Below, piece by piece: positions 19,429 through 29,600 of a stretch of 64,000 nt of DNA. Position 1 is the stretch's first letter. The number at the start of each line of letters is the position of its first letter. Under the pieces are notes generated by a model. That model worked only from the letters and a program-made list of their open reading frames with translations. It searched no databases and was not told the origin of the DNA. The stretch comes from Patescibacteria group bacterium. GTDB lineage: Bacteria > Patescibacteriota > JAQUNI01. The position numbers and the translations under genes are program-made. The stretch is taken from positions 633,329 to 697,328 of the forward strand of contig JAQUNI010000001.1 of the NCBI GenBank assembly GCA_028717685.1. Reading direction: 5' to 3'.

Positions 19429-19809
19429 ATGAATATTATAGATAAAAAGATCGTCAAATTTTATGATCTGGAGGCTTGGCAGAAGGCTTATGAATTGGTC
19501 TTGGAAATTTATAAGATTACAAAGTTATTTCCCAAGGAAGAATTGTTTGGGATGACAAGCCAATTAAGAAGAGCGGCGGCTTCAATAGTAGCTAATATCG
19601 CAGAAGGTTTTGCGAGATACCATTATAAAGATAAGGTAAAGTTTTATTACCAAGCACGCGGTTCGGTTGCCGAGGTTCAAACCTTTTTGTTATTAGCCAA
19701 AGATTTAAAATATATTGATTTAAAAATTTGTAAATATTTAGGGGAAAAGTGCAATGAGGTAGGAAAGCTGATTAATGGTTTGATTCGTTCCATTGAGAAA
19801 CAAAAATAG
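19429..19809 (+). CDS. Four helix bundle protein (23S rRNA intervening-sequence protein family)
   Basis: FYDLEAWQKA, FPKEELFG..SQLRRAA.SI.ANIAEG, ARGS..E. Confidence 0.95.
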   Translation: MNIIDKKIVKFYDLEAWQKAYELVLEIYKITKLFPKEELFGMTSQLRRAAASIVANIAEGFARYHYKDKVKFYYQARGSVAEVQTFLLLAKDLKYIDLKICKYLGEKCNEVGKLINGLIRSIEKQK

Positions 19810-19816
19810 TTTATGA

Positions 19817-19851
19817 ATTACTAATTACTAATTACCGATTACTGATTACGA
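19817..19851. repeat. Right heptamer tract (ATTACYR x5), inverse of the left tract
   Basis: ATTACTA ATTACTA ATTACCG ATTACTG ATTACGA. Confidence 0.9.
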
Positions 19852-19857
19852 ATATAT

Positions 19858-19929
19858 TCCGCGATAGCTCAATGGTAGAGCAACTGGCTGTTAACCAGTG
19901 GGTTGCAGGTTCGAGTCCTGCTCGCGGAG
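19858..19929 (+). tRNA. tRNA-Asn(GTT)
   Basis: TCCGCGA/TCGCGGA acceptor stem, ACTGG-CTGTTAA-CCAGT anticodon arm, GTTCGAGTC T loop. Confidence 0.96.
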
Positions 19930-19934
19930 CCGAC

Positions 19935-19965
19935 AAAAATATGGCTTAACAAATCCATATTTTTT
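19935..19965 (+). terminator. tRNA-proximal hairpin, prototype of repeat family T
   Basis: AAAAATATGGCTTAACAAATCCATATTTTTT. Confidence 0.65.
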
Positions 19966-20011
19966 ATACCCCTTCGTGGACGTTAGAACTTTTTAATGAT
20001 ATAATGAAGTT

Positions 20012-20173
20012 ATGAAAAAATATCCTCTTATTCTATATGCGGTGGCGATGGCAGCCGTCATAGTCGGTGTAGATTTAGTGTTCTTCAGAAATCATCCCTG
20101 GGAACGGCTGATAGTGAACATTGGCATTGTCTTGGTGTTCGCAGCTTTCTACTTGAGATTCCTTTATCGGTAA
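20012..20173 (+). CDS. Small 2-TM protein (53 aa), below the ORF-track cutoff
   Basis: MKKYPLILYAVAMAAVIVGVDLVFFRNHPWERLIVNIGIVLVFAAFYLRFLYR; TATAAT just upstream. Confidence 0.75.
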   Translation: MKKYPLILYAVAMAAVIVGVDLVFFRNHPWERLIVNIGIVLVFAAFYLRFLYR

Positions 20174-20373
20174 AAATAAACAACCATTGGCGGCGCGCTA
20201 ACGAAGTTGGCACAAAAAATTGCGGCGGCGGAAAAAGAAGCGGCGAAAGCTTGGGCGATCTAAAAGTTTTTCAAAATTCAGCGTTCGGCCCCGAAGGAAA
20301 GCCTTCGGCTTCCGACGGGATAAAATTTTCGCTAAAAAAAGTTCGGATTTCGTTCAGCGTTTGGAGCTCATAT

Positions 20374-20408
20374 AAAAAAATGGCTTATTTAAGCCATTTT
20401 TTGGTTAA
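20374..20408 (+). repeat. Repeat family T hairpin
   Basis: AAAAAAATGGCTTATTTAAGCCATTTTTTGGTTAA. Confidence 0.8.
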
Positions 20409-20537
20409 AATTAGTAAAAATGATTGATAAAGTGTTGCTAAATATTACGTCTCTTTGATAAATTAGTAAAAAGTTATAAAATACATAGATCTTAATAATT
20501 TAAAGATAACTAAAAAGAAAGTATAAGAAGAAAGGAA

Positions 20538-21908
20538 GTGATAAAGATGGAGATGTTTAGTGGTTTTGATTTTTCGGAATACGGGTCACTCTCCAAGTTT
20601 GGGCAGCATCCGAAATTTGAAAGCTCGTTTAAAAAATGGCGGCGAAGGTTGCTCAATGGGCAATCCTCTAATGTTGTCAAATTAGCTGATATTCCGAAAT
20701 TAGGGAGTGTTTATCTTATCCCAAGGGATCAATATATAGAGATTGTTGATGGATTCGGGGATACGATCGCTATTGGAAGTCCTGGTAATGCTATGTTTCC
20801 ATTTAGCTCTTACGATTTTTTTGGAGACATCTATGAGGATGAGTATTTCCAGGAGCTTCTTCTGCAACCGTTCTTCCGCTTAGGAAAAATCAGTCAGCTC
20901 GGATATCTAGTTCCACCAAAGCCTGAGAGTTGGAAACTAAACGTTTCCATAATTTATCCCGCTCCTTATTTTGTCCATACCAGGTGGGCCCATTCAAGAT
21001 TAGTTGCCTTTTTAATGGAGGTGATTCTTGCTAAGCATGGCTATACAGAGAAAGAGCGGCTTCCTGTTGTTTTAACTGCTGCTTATCATGATGTTGCTAC
21101 GCCGGCGGGTGGGGACTCGGTCAAAAGAGTGGATGCTGAAGGTCTTAATGAAGAAGAGAATTTTGAATCGGTGCTAAGGCATTATGATTTGGTCCAAAAA
21201 TGGTCTGATAGGTATGGGTTTGATATAGAAAAAGCAAAACAATGGGTAAAGGGTATCGGGCTCTTTGGCAGACTCTTGGATATTATAGATAGAGTAGCCT
21301 ATACGGCATTGGACTGTTATTACGTGGGGTCTAGTCGTCCTTGTAAGCTTAGATTCTTTGGGCTAGAAAATCCTTTAACTCTGGACGTGTGGCAAGATTT
21401 AAAATTTAATGATGATCGCAATGACTTTGCTTTTACGGACCCAAACAGATTGTTCAAATTTTTACTCTTTAGGGCGTATGAGCACGAAGAGCTATTGATG
21501 AATCCGTATTCTAGGGCATTGGATTTTTTCCTGCAAAAGCTAGTCCAACCTCTATATAAAACGGGAATGATTATCCGGGAACAGCTTCTTTTGGGGGATG
21601 ATGAGTGGTTATATGGAGTACTTAAAAAACATTATCCAAATAAAAATTTGTGGGCCTTTATTGAGCCAGAGATTGTAATCTGGAAAAAGTTTGACAGTTC
21701 AGAGGGGCTTTGGAGGTTTTGTTTTGGAGATGAAACGATAGATCACGTAGAGCAGATCAAAGGTTTTGATACTGGTTTGGGTCTTGGAGTATACAGCGGC
21801 GCGGAGATTTTGCCCGTCAGAGAATTGCTGGCGGATGATCAGATTGAGGAGTTGGAAGAAATCAATAAGCAGGTAAAAGGATATTATGCTTATTGGATAA
21901 AAGAGTGA
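20538..21908 (+). CDS. HD-domain phosphohydrolase, SAMHD1/dNTPase-like
   Basis: RLGKISQLG, HTRWAHS, YHD, DIIDRVAY..D motifs. Confidence 0.8.
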   Translation: MIKMEMFSGFDFSEYGSLSKFGQHPKFESSFKKWRRRLLNGQSSNVVKLADIPKLGSVYLIPRDQYIEIVDGFGDTIAIGSPGNAMFPFSSYDFFGDIYEDEYFQELLLQPFFRLGKISQLGYLVPPKPESWKLNVSIIYPAPYFVHTRWAHSRLVAFLMEVILAKHGYTEKERLPVVLTAAYHDVATPAGGDSVKRVDAEGLNEEENFESVLRHYDLVQKWSDRYGFDIEKAKQWVKGIGLFGRLLDIIDRVAYTALDCYYVGSSRPCKLRFFGLENPLTLDVWQDLKFNDDRNDFAFTDPNRLFKFLLFRAYEHEELLMNPYSRALDFFLQKLVQPLYKTGMIIREQLLLGDDEWLYGVLKKHYPNKNLWAFIEPEIVIWKKFDSSEGLWRFCFGDETIDHVEQIKGFDTGLGLGVYSGAEILPVRELLADDQIEELEEINKQVKGYYAYWIKE

Positions 21909-22028
21909 AAGGTTGGGACAGTGCTAAGGGAAACAAAATTTGTTTCCCTTTTTATTGACTTTTAGAAAAATTGGTTTAATATGAGGGTTAGTTTAATTAG
22001 TTCATTAAACTTGGTTTAATAAGAGAAG

Positions 22029-22829
22029 GTGACAAATATGAACCTACGAGCTTGGTTTCAGAGAAGATATGTAAATGAGATAGTAAAAGTTTTAGTTGAG
22101 GATGATAGAAAATGCCAAGAACTCATCAGGAGAGTAGAGGCGGATTATGAGGTCAAAGTAAAACTACCGGACTCAAACAGCATACCAAGTTGTTTTCTCG
22201 TTGATATGCTGGAAAGAGCCTTTACAACTGGAAAGATTGTTTTGCCTCCGAAGATTACCGTCCTTGATTTCGGGTGTGGCGATTGGTTCTATGCTCCCTT
22301 TTTACTGGGTTTTCTAAAACATTGGCAAGGATTCAGGGAGGTTTGTCTGGAGGGGATTGATTTTCCCAGTCGGAAAAATAAAAGGTCCCTACGCCGATTG
22401 CAGAAAGGAGAACCTGATTTAAGAGTCCATTGGGGCGACATTATGAATTTGTCCCAAGAGAACAAATACGACATAATTTTTGCAAGCCATATGGTGGCTT
22501 CGCCCCATCATTGTAAAATGTGGGGGGTTCCTTATTACAAGCCCAGTATGTTGTTCTCTTATTTACAATCTTTAGGAAAGCCCGACTGTTTGTTCGTTGT
22601 AATAGCTTATGAATATGCTGGAGAAGACGCGATTTTTCGTTGCTTTAAATCAAAGTTAACAGAATTTTTCTATCAACCTTTGGTCGAAAAAAAGTTTAGT
22701 TCCTTTCTTTATAATCGTCGCGGCTTTCATGACAACTCAATTTGTATCAGTAGATCTCCATTTGTGGACCTAGAAGCATGCGCGAGATATGAAGAGAAGA
22801 ATGAGGAAATGGACGCAATACTTTATTAA
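22029..22829 (+). CDS. Class I SAM-dependent methyltransferase-like protein
   Basis: VLDFGCG, GID, GDI, YDII motifs. Confidence 0.75.
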   Translation: MTNMNLRAWFQRRYVNEIVKVLVEDDRKCQELIRRVEADYEVKVKLPDSNSIPSCFLVDMLERAFTTGKIVLPPKITVLDFGCGDWFYAPFLLGFLKHWQGFREVCLEGIDFPSRKNKRSLRRLQKGEPDLRVHWGDIMNLSQENKYDIIFASHMVASPHHCKMWGVPYYKPSMLFSYLQSLGKPDCLFVVIAYEYAGEDAIFRCFKSKLTEFFYQPLVEKKFSSFLYNRRGFHDNSICISRSPFVDLEACARYEEKNEEMDAILY

Positions 22830-22916
22830 ACAAAGGACGGCTCTATCGGGAGCGTCCTTTTATAATCTTAAGGATTACCGTTATCCGCTCCGTCTAAGAT
22901 ATAATGAGTAGCAGAC

Positions 22917-22967
22917 CACGTCGCTCGCGAGCCCCGTCGCTCTTGAGCGACAGGGCGAGCGGCGTGG
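22917..22967. repeat. Nested GC-rich palindromic element
   Basis: CCACGTCGCTCG..CCCGTCGCTC-TT-GAGCGACAGGG..CGAGCGGCGTGG. Confidence 0.65.
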
Positions 22968-23049
22968 CAGGGCAAGGTAAAATATGATAAACTAAGCTTG
23001 CGGGTTTAAATCAGGAGATATTTTCACTAAAAATATTAAAACAAAAAAT

Positions 23050-25020
23050 ATGAAATGGCGCGTGATTTTATTTATTGTTTTTTTCTGGTCAATCGCGGGA
23101 AAAATAGAGGCCGCTCAAGTGACCATCAATGCAACCGCGGATACCTATGTGAACTCTTATGCACCGACCCAAAATTTTGGCAGCGTTAATACTCTGGAGG
23201 TGCGCTCGCGCGATATTTCCCGCTCGAGTTTTCTCCAGTTTAATCTTTCCCACTTTATTCCCTTAGATGCGACGGTGACCAGGGCTTACTTGAAACTATA
23301 TCTTTTTGACAATTTTTGTTATACCAATGCCACCGCGCCGATGAATATCCGCATCTATCGGGTGAGCGGTCGTTGGTCTGAACAGAGCATTACTTACCAG
23401 AGCCAGCCTGATGCTTCCACCGTGGACGGCGCAAGCCTTACGCTTCCTCTAAATTCTGCCGCGGGATATAAAACTTGGGATGTTACGAATATTGTTAAGG
23501 GTTGGATTGATAACCAATATCTTAATTATGGTTTGCGCACATATTATTATTCAGAAAATAATTGTCAAGCCACATTTTATGCCCGTGAGGCAGGGGAAGG
23601 AATGAAGCCTCAGTTAGTTGTTGAATATACGCCGCCTCCGGACCGCACCCCGCCGCAGATTAGGGAAGTTTCAGCCGAAGTAACGGCGACGACAGCGACC
23701 ATTCGTTGGAAGACATACAATGACCCCTCTTCAAGCACGGTTGCTTACCGGCGGCCGGGAGCACAGCTCTGGCCAATCCAGAGCGCCGGGGGTTTAACAG
23801 TTGATCACAGTGTAACTTTAACCAATTTACAACCCCAAACACTATATCAATACACGGCGAAATCCAGAGACGCGGCAGGCAATGAAGCGGTTTCCGCGGT
23901 TTTAGAATTTACCACGGCAGAGGCCGAAGATCTGACTGCGCCGGATATTTCCAATCTGAGCGTTAATCACCTTTCAAGCCGCGCGGTAGAAATTATTTGG
24001 AGCTCGCAGGAAGAGGGGACAGGAGAGGTACGCTATAGCACAGATCGCCAACGCGTATCCATTGCCACCCAGGCGGGGCTCAAGACCAATCATACTGTGC
24101 GGTTGGAGCCGTTATTACCCGCCACAACTTACTATTTTGTGATTGACTCGGAAGATGCTCACGGGAACAGGACAGTCCGCGAGGAGGATCAATTTACTAC
24201 GCAGGCAGACGCTGCCGCTGAAGAAGAGGATGGAGAGGAACAGGATGAGGAAGAGAATTATAATCCTCTTTCCGTTTACAATATTGTTTCAGATGTTTTG
24301 AGCCCGACTAGTATGCGGTTCAGGTGGTGGAGCACAATTGACGGCACCTCTTGGGTTTTTGCTTCGGCAGACGCGGATGACGCGACATCGATTGAAGATT
24401 ATGAGTTTGTCGCGGGGCGCAATGATGGAGTAGATATGCACGAGGTTGTCTTGAACAATCTCGCGCCCGCCACAACCTATAGCTATCGCGTTCTAACGCG
24501 CGGCGCGGATGATCAAGTGGGTCTTTCAGAACTTAAAACTTTTCGCACTGACGCCCAATCTGCTCCCGAGGCCGCGGATGAGCAGCCCGAGGCACCTCCC
24601 CCGCTGCCGGCTGAACCCGATGGCACTCCGCAAGGTCAAGTCCCAGAACAAGTTACTGATCCGGCGGTGATTGAAGAGATTCGGCACCAGGCTCAAGAGG
24701 TAGTAGAGAAAAAAGAGAGTCCGGAGCCTGCCGTGAAAGAAAGTGAAAATTTGGAAGATGAGGGTCAAAAACCAGCCAACTTGGGCTCAAAGTTTTTATT
24801 TATTTTATCGCGCTTCTGGGTTTGGATTATTCTGGGGGGCGTTTTTTTCCTTGCTTTGCTGGGCATATTACTGTATTTATTATTACGCAAGAAAAAAGGC
24901 GGTGAAAATAGGGAGGCAAATCCCATCGCGTCGCAGCCAAGCAAGACAGTACCGAGCCAGATAGCGGCAGGGCAAACAGGCACGCAGACCCCCCAGCCCC
25001 AAAAGACCAAAAAGAGCTAA
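23050..25020 (+). CDS. Surface protein: DNRLRE/CBM96-like domain, three FN3-like domains, TM anchor
   Basis: Signal peptide, ADTYVN..NFG, WDVT, PQLVVEY, three H.V.L..L.P.T.Y.Y repeats. Confidence 0.85.
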   Translation: MKWRVILFIVFFWSIAGKIEAAQVTINATADTYVNSYAPTQNFGSVNTLEVRSRDISRSSFLQFNLSHFIPLDATVTRAYLKLYLFDNFCYTNATAPMNIRIYRVSGRWSEQSITYQSQPDASTVDGASLTLPLNSAAGYKTWDVTNIVKGWIDNQYLNYGLRTYYYSENNCQATFYAREAGEGMKPQLVVEYTPPPDRTPPQIREVSAEVTATTATIRWKTYNDPSSSTVAYRRPGAQLWPIQSAGGLTVDHSVTLTNLQPQTLYQYTAKSRDAAGNEAVSAVLEFTTAEAEDLTAPDISNLSVNHLSSRAVEIIWSSQEEGTGEVRYSTDRQRVSIATQAGLKTNHTVRLEPLLPATTYYFVIDSEDAHGNRTVREEDQFTTQADAAAEEEDGEEQDEEENYNPLSVYNIVSDVLSPTSMRFRWWSTIDGTSWVFASADADDATSIEDYEFVAGRNDGVDMHEVVLNNLAPATTYSYRVLTRGADDQVGLSELKTFRTDAQSAPEAADEQPEAPPPLPAEPDGTPQGQVPEQVTDPAVIEEIRHQAQEVVEKKESPEPAVKESENLEDEGQKPANLGSKFLFILSRFWVWIILGGVFFLALLGILLYLLLRKKKGGENREANPIASQPSKTVPSQIAAGQTGTQTPQPQKTKKS

Positions 25021-25100
25021 GGATGTATTATTGCCTTCTTCTTAATTAGTTTTGCTCCTTTTTTGAGGGCATTCTTCTAAACACAGTTAAAATTGGAAAG

Positions 25101-26066
25101 ATGAAAAAGATTTTAATAATTGGATTGATTGCAGGTATTTTAGTAATTGGAATTATTGCCTTTTTCTTATTACATTTTTCTTCAGAAGAGGAGAATAATG
25201 TGGGCCAAGAATCAGAAATTTTTTGCGCAGATTACGATGGAAATCAACAAGAATGTTTATCCTATTCAGAATGCAAGTGGAGTTCAGATATAAATGAATG
25301 TGATTCAACAGATATGGTTGATGAAAATTATGAAGGATTGAACCAAGAATTAGAAAATATTGCTGTTCCAAATAATCCCTCAAATACTCTTTGCAAAAAA
25401 ATACCTTTGTCAGGTAAACCTCCTTATGGTGAAAGATATTACTGTTTGGCAGTTGTAAATCATGATGAAAGATTTTGTGAAGGGATTGATGAAGAAAAGG
25501 GGAAAAATATTTGCCTAGCCCATGCAAAAGCAGACCCCTCTTATTGTAAAAAAATCCAAGAAGATTCAGCTAAACATGTTTGTTATTATATGCTTGCGGT
25601 ATCAAGCAAAAATGCTGATTTTTGTAGTGATATTAGTTATAGCCAACATGAAAAAGAACAATGCTATTTTAATTTTATGAGTAATTTATATCAGTGGGAT
25701 AAATCTGATGAGATAAAAACAGAATACTGTAATCAACTTGGTACTCCAGATAAAAATACTTGTCTTGCGTTAAAGGCGAGAGATATTTCTCTTTGCGGAG
25801 ATAATCCTCATTGTTTGACTTTTTTTGGGCAAGATTTGTCTTTTTGTGATGAACATCCTGAAATAGATGGTTGCATAAAAGATAGGGCAAAGACAAGTAA
25901 AAATGTGTCAATTTGTGAATTACTTCCCCAGCCAGATAGAGATAGCTGTGTCGGGGTTTATTGCACCCACACAGAGCTTGATGTTAATATTTGTGATAGG
26001 ATTGAGGGTATTAAAGAAAGGCAAGACAGGTATATAGAACTTGCAATGAATTTAGGTAATTGGTAA
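25101..26066 (+). CDS. Membrane-anchored Cys-rich repeat protein
   Basis: Repeated C..I......C...A......C units. Confidence 0.75.
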   Translation: MKKILIIGLIAGILVIGIIAFFLLHFSSEEENNVGQESEIFCADYDGNQQECLSYSECKWSSDINECDSTDMVDENYEGLNQELENIAVPNNPSNTLCKKIPLSGKPPYGERYYCLAVVNHDERFCEGIDEEKGKNICLAHAKADPSYCKKIQEDSAKHVCYYMLAVSSKNADFCSDISYSQHEKEQCYFNFMSNLYQWDKSDEIKTEYCNQLGTPDKNTCLALKARDISLCGDNPHCLTFFGQDLSFCDEHPEIDGCIKDRAKTSKNVSICELLPQPDRDSCVGVYCTHTELDVNICDRIEGIKERQDRYIELAMNLGNW

Positions 26067-26158
26067 AAATTTAATGCCGCAAAATCCTAAAAGTTTATTT
26101 TGTTTTTTTTATTCATTCTGATTCAAAATTAAAATCCAGTAATTTTTTCCTAGGGGAA

Positions 26159-26200
26159 ATTGGGGTCAGATCTTGTATCTTGACCTCTTTTTATTTTAAA
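26159..26200 (+). repeat. Repeat family G hairpin
   Basis: TTGGGGTCAGATCTTGTATCTTGACCTCTTTTTATTTTAAA. Confidence 0.8.
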
Positions 26201-26238
26201 GCGGTTCATAACTTGGTCCGCCTTGGAGGAATTTATAT

Positions 26239-26272
26239 AAAAATGGCTTATTACAGCCATTTTTTGGTTAAA
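26239..26272 (+). repeat. Repeat family T hairpin
   Basis: AAAAATGGCTTATTACAGCCATTTTTTGGTTAAA. Confidence 0.8.
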
Positions 26273-26619
26273 TAATTTGACAAAATAATTCAACTGTTTT
26301 ATCATTATATTTTATAACTCATAATTTACTGAAAGAGGCGATTTTTTGAAACACGAACATTGTTTTTTGGAAGATAGACTTTTTCAGTAGAATAGAGAGT
26401 TTCAATCTCTATCCTAGTAATGATAATGATTTATAAGTTCTACTGTTCATTCACAATTGAATAAGGTTAGAAAATCTTGAAATTTCTGTGAGGAGGAAAT
26501 GATGAAATCAAAGAATTATAATAAGAGATGGTTGGAAAAGTAGAGGTTATTTTTTAGCTATCTTTAGTTACGCTTGATTAGTAGGATACAAGGGTGTGAA
26601 AATCAAGAAGGAGAAAAAA

Positions 26620-29600
26620 ATGGTAAAAGGTGATGTTGATAGAGTGAAGGGGTATATTGATAGTGGTCTGATTGATCCTGTCAAAATAGCTCAAGAAATT
26701 GAAGGGTTGCCAGCATTACAGGTGGCTTATATTATTGATACGTATGACTTGATGCCGTCTACAATTGAACGTGGTGAGCTATATGAATCTGATAGTTTTA
26801 TTGACTTAGCTATGAAAACCCCTGGAATTCTTGAGGATACTCGTTTTGAAATACTTGCGCGATTTCATGAAAATTATGCTGCTAAGCTTTTTGCAGAAGG
26901 GCTGAAACTTTATCTTGATAGTCAAGAGGGAACTATTTTCGAATTTAATAAAGATACTGAAATAGATCCTACCAAGCCAATATCTTTTGTGAGGATTACT
27001 TACCGTCCTAATAAAGGAATAGAGCTGAAATATCTAAATGGAAATGCGCCTAGTAAGGGGTTTTATACCGTTTATTTGGGGAATAATTACACGGTTGTGT
27101 TTGATAACTCGGTTTTTAATAATAGGAAGGCAGTTTTTGAAGAACTTAGCTCAATTTTTTTATCTCGCAAAATTACATTTGTGGACTGTTCTCAGGAAGA
27201 GTTAAATGTGGTACAGCAATTAGAATCCGCTTTCTTATTAGCTTCAGTTGGCAGGACTCCGGTCTCTTGTCGATTTAAAGAGTCTTTCTTAATTGAGTGG
27301 TTGTCTTGGCAGGGCAAGCGGCAATTAGCCCGTGAGGAGGTAAAGCTTTTAGCCCGCCTCCTAAGGGAGAAAAATTTGTCTATCATGACTCCGGCAAGAA
27401 TTAAGCTTTATAAAGCTTCAAAAGGGCAATATGATAGAAGGCTTTTGACGGATATATTCTTTAGGAAGGAGGAGCCCAAAAAAATGGTTTCTAATATAAA
27501 TTGCCTAATGAATTTTAATATGGATTTAGCAGGCATTAAAGGTCCTATTGAAAAAGCGCCATTTCATATTTTAGCTCAAGACGTACCGATTAAGGTTGCT
27601 CCATTAAAAGGGTCGATTTCTTGCGCTTCTTATCTCATGAAATTTTATCCAGGGTATGGGGTATTAGACCAAAGTAAATCCATAATGGTATTAGATGAAC
27701 TTTCGCGCGAGAAGCGCTCTCGTTTGTATCTTAGCTTCTTTTATGATCCCGAGAGTCCGCTTTACAAAGCGCATTCCGCTTTTAGTAATGAAGTTAGCAA
27801 ACAGCTCAGAGAAAGAGGATTAGATAATGCCCGAAAGCTAATCCAGGCTTATATTGTTCGAAATAAGATGAGGATTGAAGATATAAAAGCCGAGGATATA
27901 GCTTTTCTATTTTCAGGTGGTTCTACTTTTTCTTTGTGCGGGATAAAAATACCTCATAGGACGAGACTTATTATGAATAAGATCTTTCCTGACGAATACG
28001 GACGGCTTTCTTTAGAAAGCGGTGAGGAATTATTTTCGCTTGATAATGAAGGCTTAATAGGTATTCGCAAAAGAGCTTATTTTGACGATGGTGCTGATGA
28101 TGCCGATATTTATACATCGGATGAGTTAAAGAGAATCAAGGAACGTTTTCGAGAAAATAGCAAAATGGCAATTAAATGCTATCTTGCTTTGCATCCCGAA
28201 AAAAGCTTAGATCTATTAAGCCAAGGAGATTTGACCGCTATTTCAGCTAAAATGTTGAGAATTTTGGGCGGTAGTTCTGTAAGGGTTTGTTTGAATAGAT
28301 TGATGCCTGATCAGTTCTTAATCCTTGATGAGGAAAAATCCCTTCATTATCTCATGGCAAAAGATAGGGATAAATTTTCTTTAGCCAGAAGATACATTCC
28401 GGATTATTACCATATCGTAGAGGAGGAGCCAGATAATTCCCAAATTTTATATGATGAGCATGATATAGCAGTGATTCGTGAAAGAACTATTGAGAATCTG
28501 AGAACTCTTGTTAAAACTCTTTTAAAATTCAAAGGATTTAGGTTTGTAGAGGAATTGGGCAGGCATAATACTGAAGGGCTGATTGATTTGCGCATTTTAG
28601 GCAATGCTTTCCCTAGTAGAGTTGATGGCAGTAATAATTTTATTGCTTCCACGAGAAAACTTTTCTTTAATGATTACGGTGTTTTAACTGAAGAAAAGTA
28701 TAGATATTGGAAGCATCAGGCAACGGGTCCAAAGAAACGTTATTTAAGCAATGTTTTTTTTATGGATCCAGACCTTGAAGATGGCTGGACTAAAGAAGAA
28801 ATTGAGGTAATCAAGTCACAATCTAAGAAAAATGCTATATTAGCCCTTAAGCTTTATATGCAAGAAGAAGGTATATTAGATATTCATAATATAACCAAGG
28901 AGATGCTGATAAAAGGAGTTGGGAAGCAGCCATTACTTCGTATCCTTGGTGTTTCTAGCTTTAGGAGCATTTTGAATGAAATATTCCCGGATGATTTTGC
29001 TGTTTTAACCCAAAACGGAGTTAAAAATTATTTTTCTTCTTCAACTACCCAGAAGCAGGCTCTTAATTATTCCTACTTTGGGACAAATGCTGACGGAGGG
29101 CTTGAACGGTATGCTGAAATTTCTGGCTTGAATAAAAAGTGGGTTTCTAATGCTATTGTGATGTTTCTTGAATTTCTAAGGGTAAATAGACTGTCATGGA
29201 AAGTATTCGGAGATGATGGGAGTTTACATTCTGATATTACTTTTACTCTTCCGGACAGTGTTTTTAGGATATTCAAGACCGATAACCATCACTTCATGTG
29301 GATTAAGGAGCAAATCGCGCCATTCCTTCATCCCATTGAAGATACAGAAGCTTTCTATTGGATCAATCTTGCTGAAACTGTAAATTTAGTAAAATTTTGG
29401 CAGTTAGATGATCTAAAAAATACTAATAGAATTCAAGACGTTCCTCTGCAGTTAAGAGCTAGAATCGCCGCAAAGGTTTTTGAGCATGGATATCCTTTTA
29501 TTTCTAATCAAAGAAACATGCTCGCAGCTGATTCAAAGGCGCTATTGCTTGCTAACCTTGATTCAATATCGGATCAACTTGATGGGATTGAAAAAGTTTT

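Noticed and set aside
19429-19809. Diversity-generating retroelement (Avd-like gene)
   Set aside because: No reverse transcriptase and no template/variable repeat pair were seen
25018-25020. Stop-codon reassignment
   Set aside because: Isolated case; TAA, TAG and TGA all end well-conserved genes in this window
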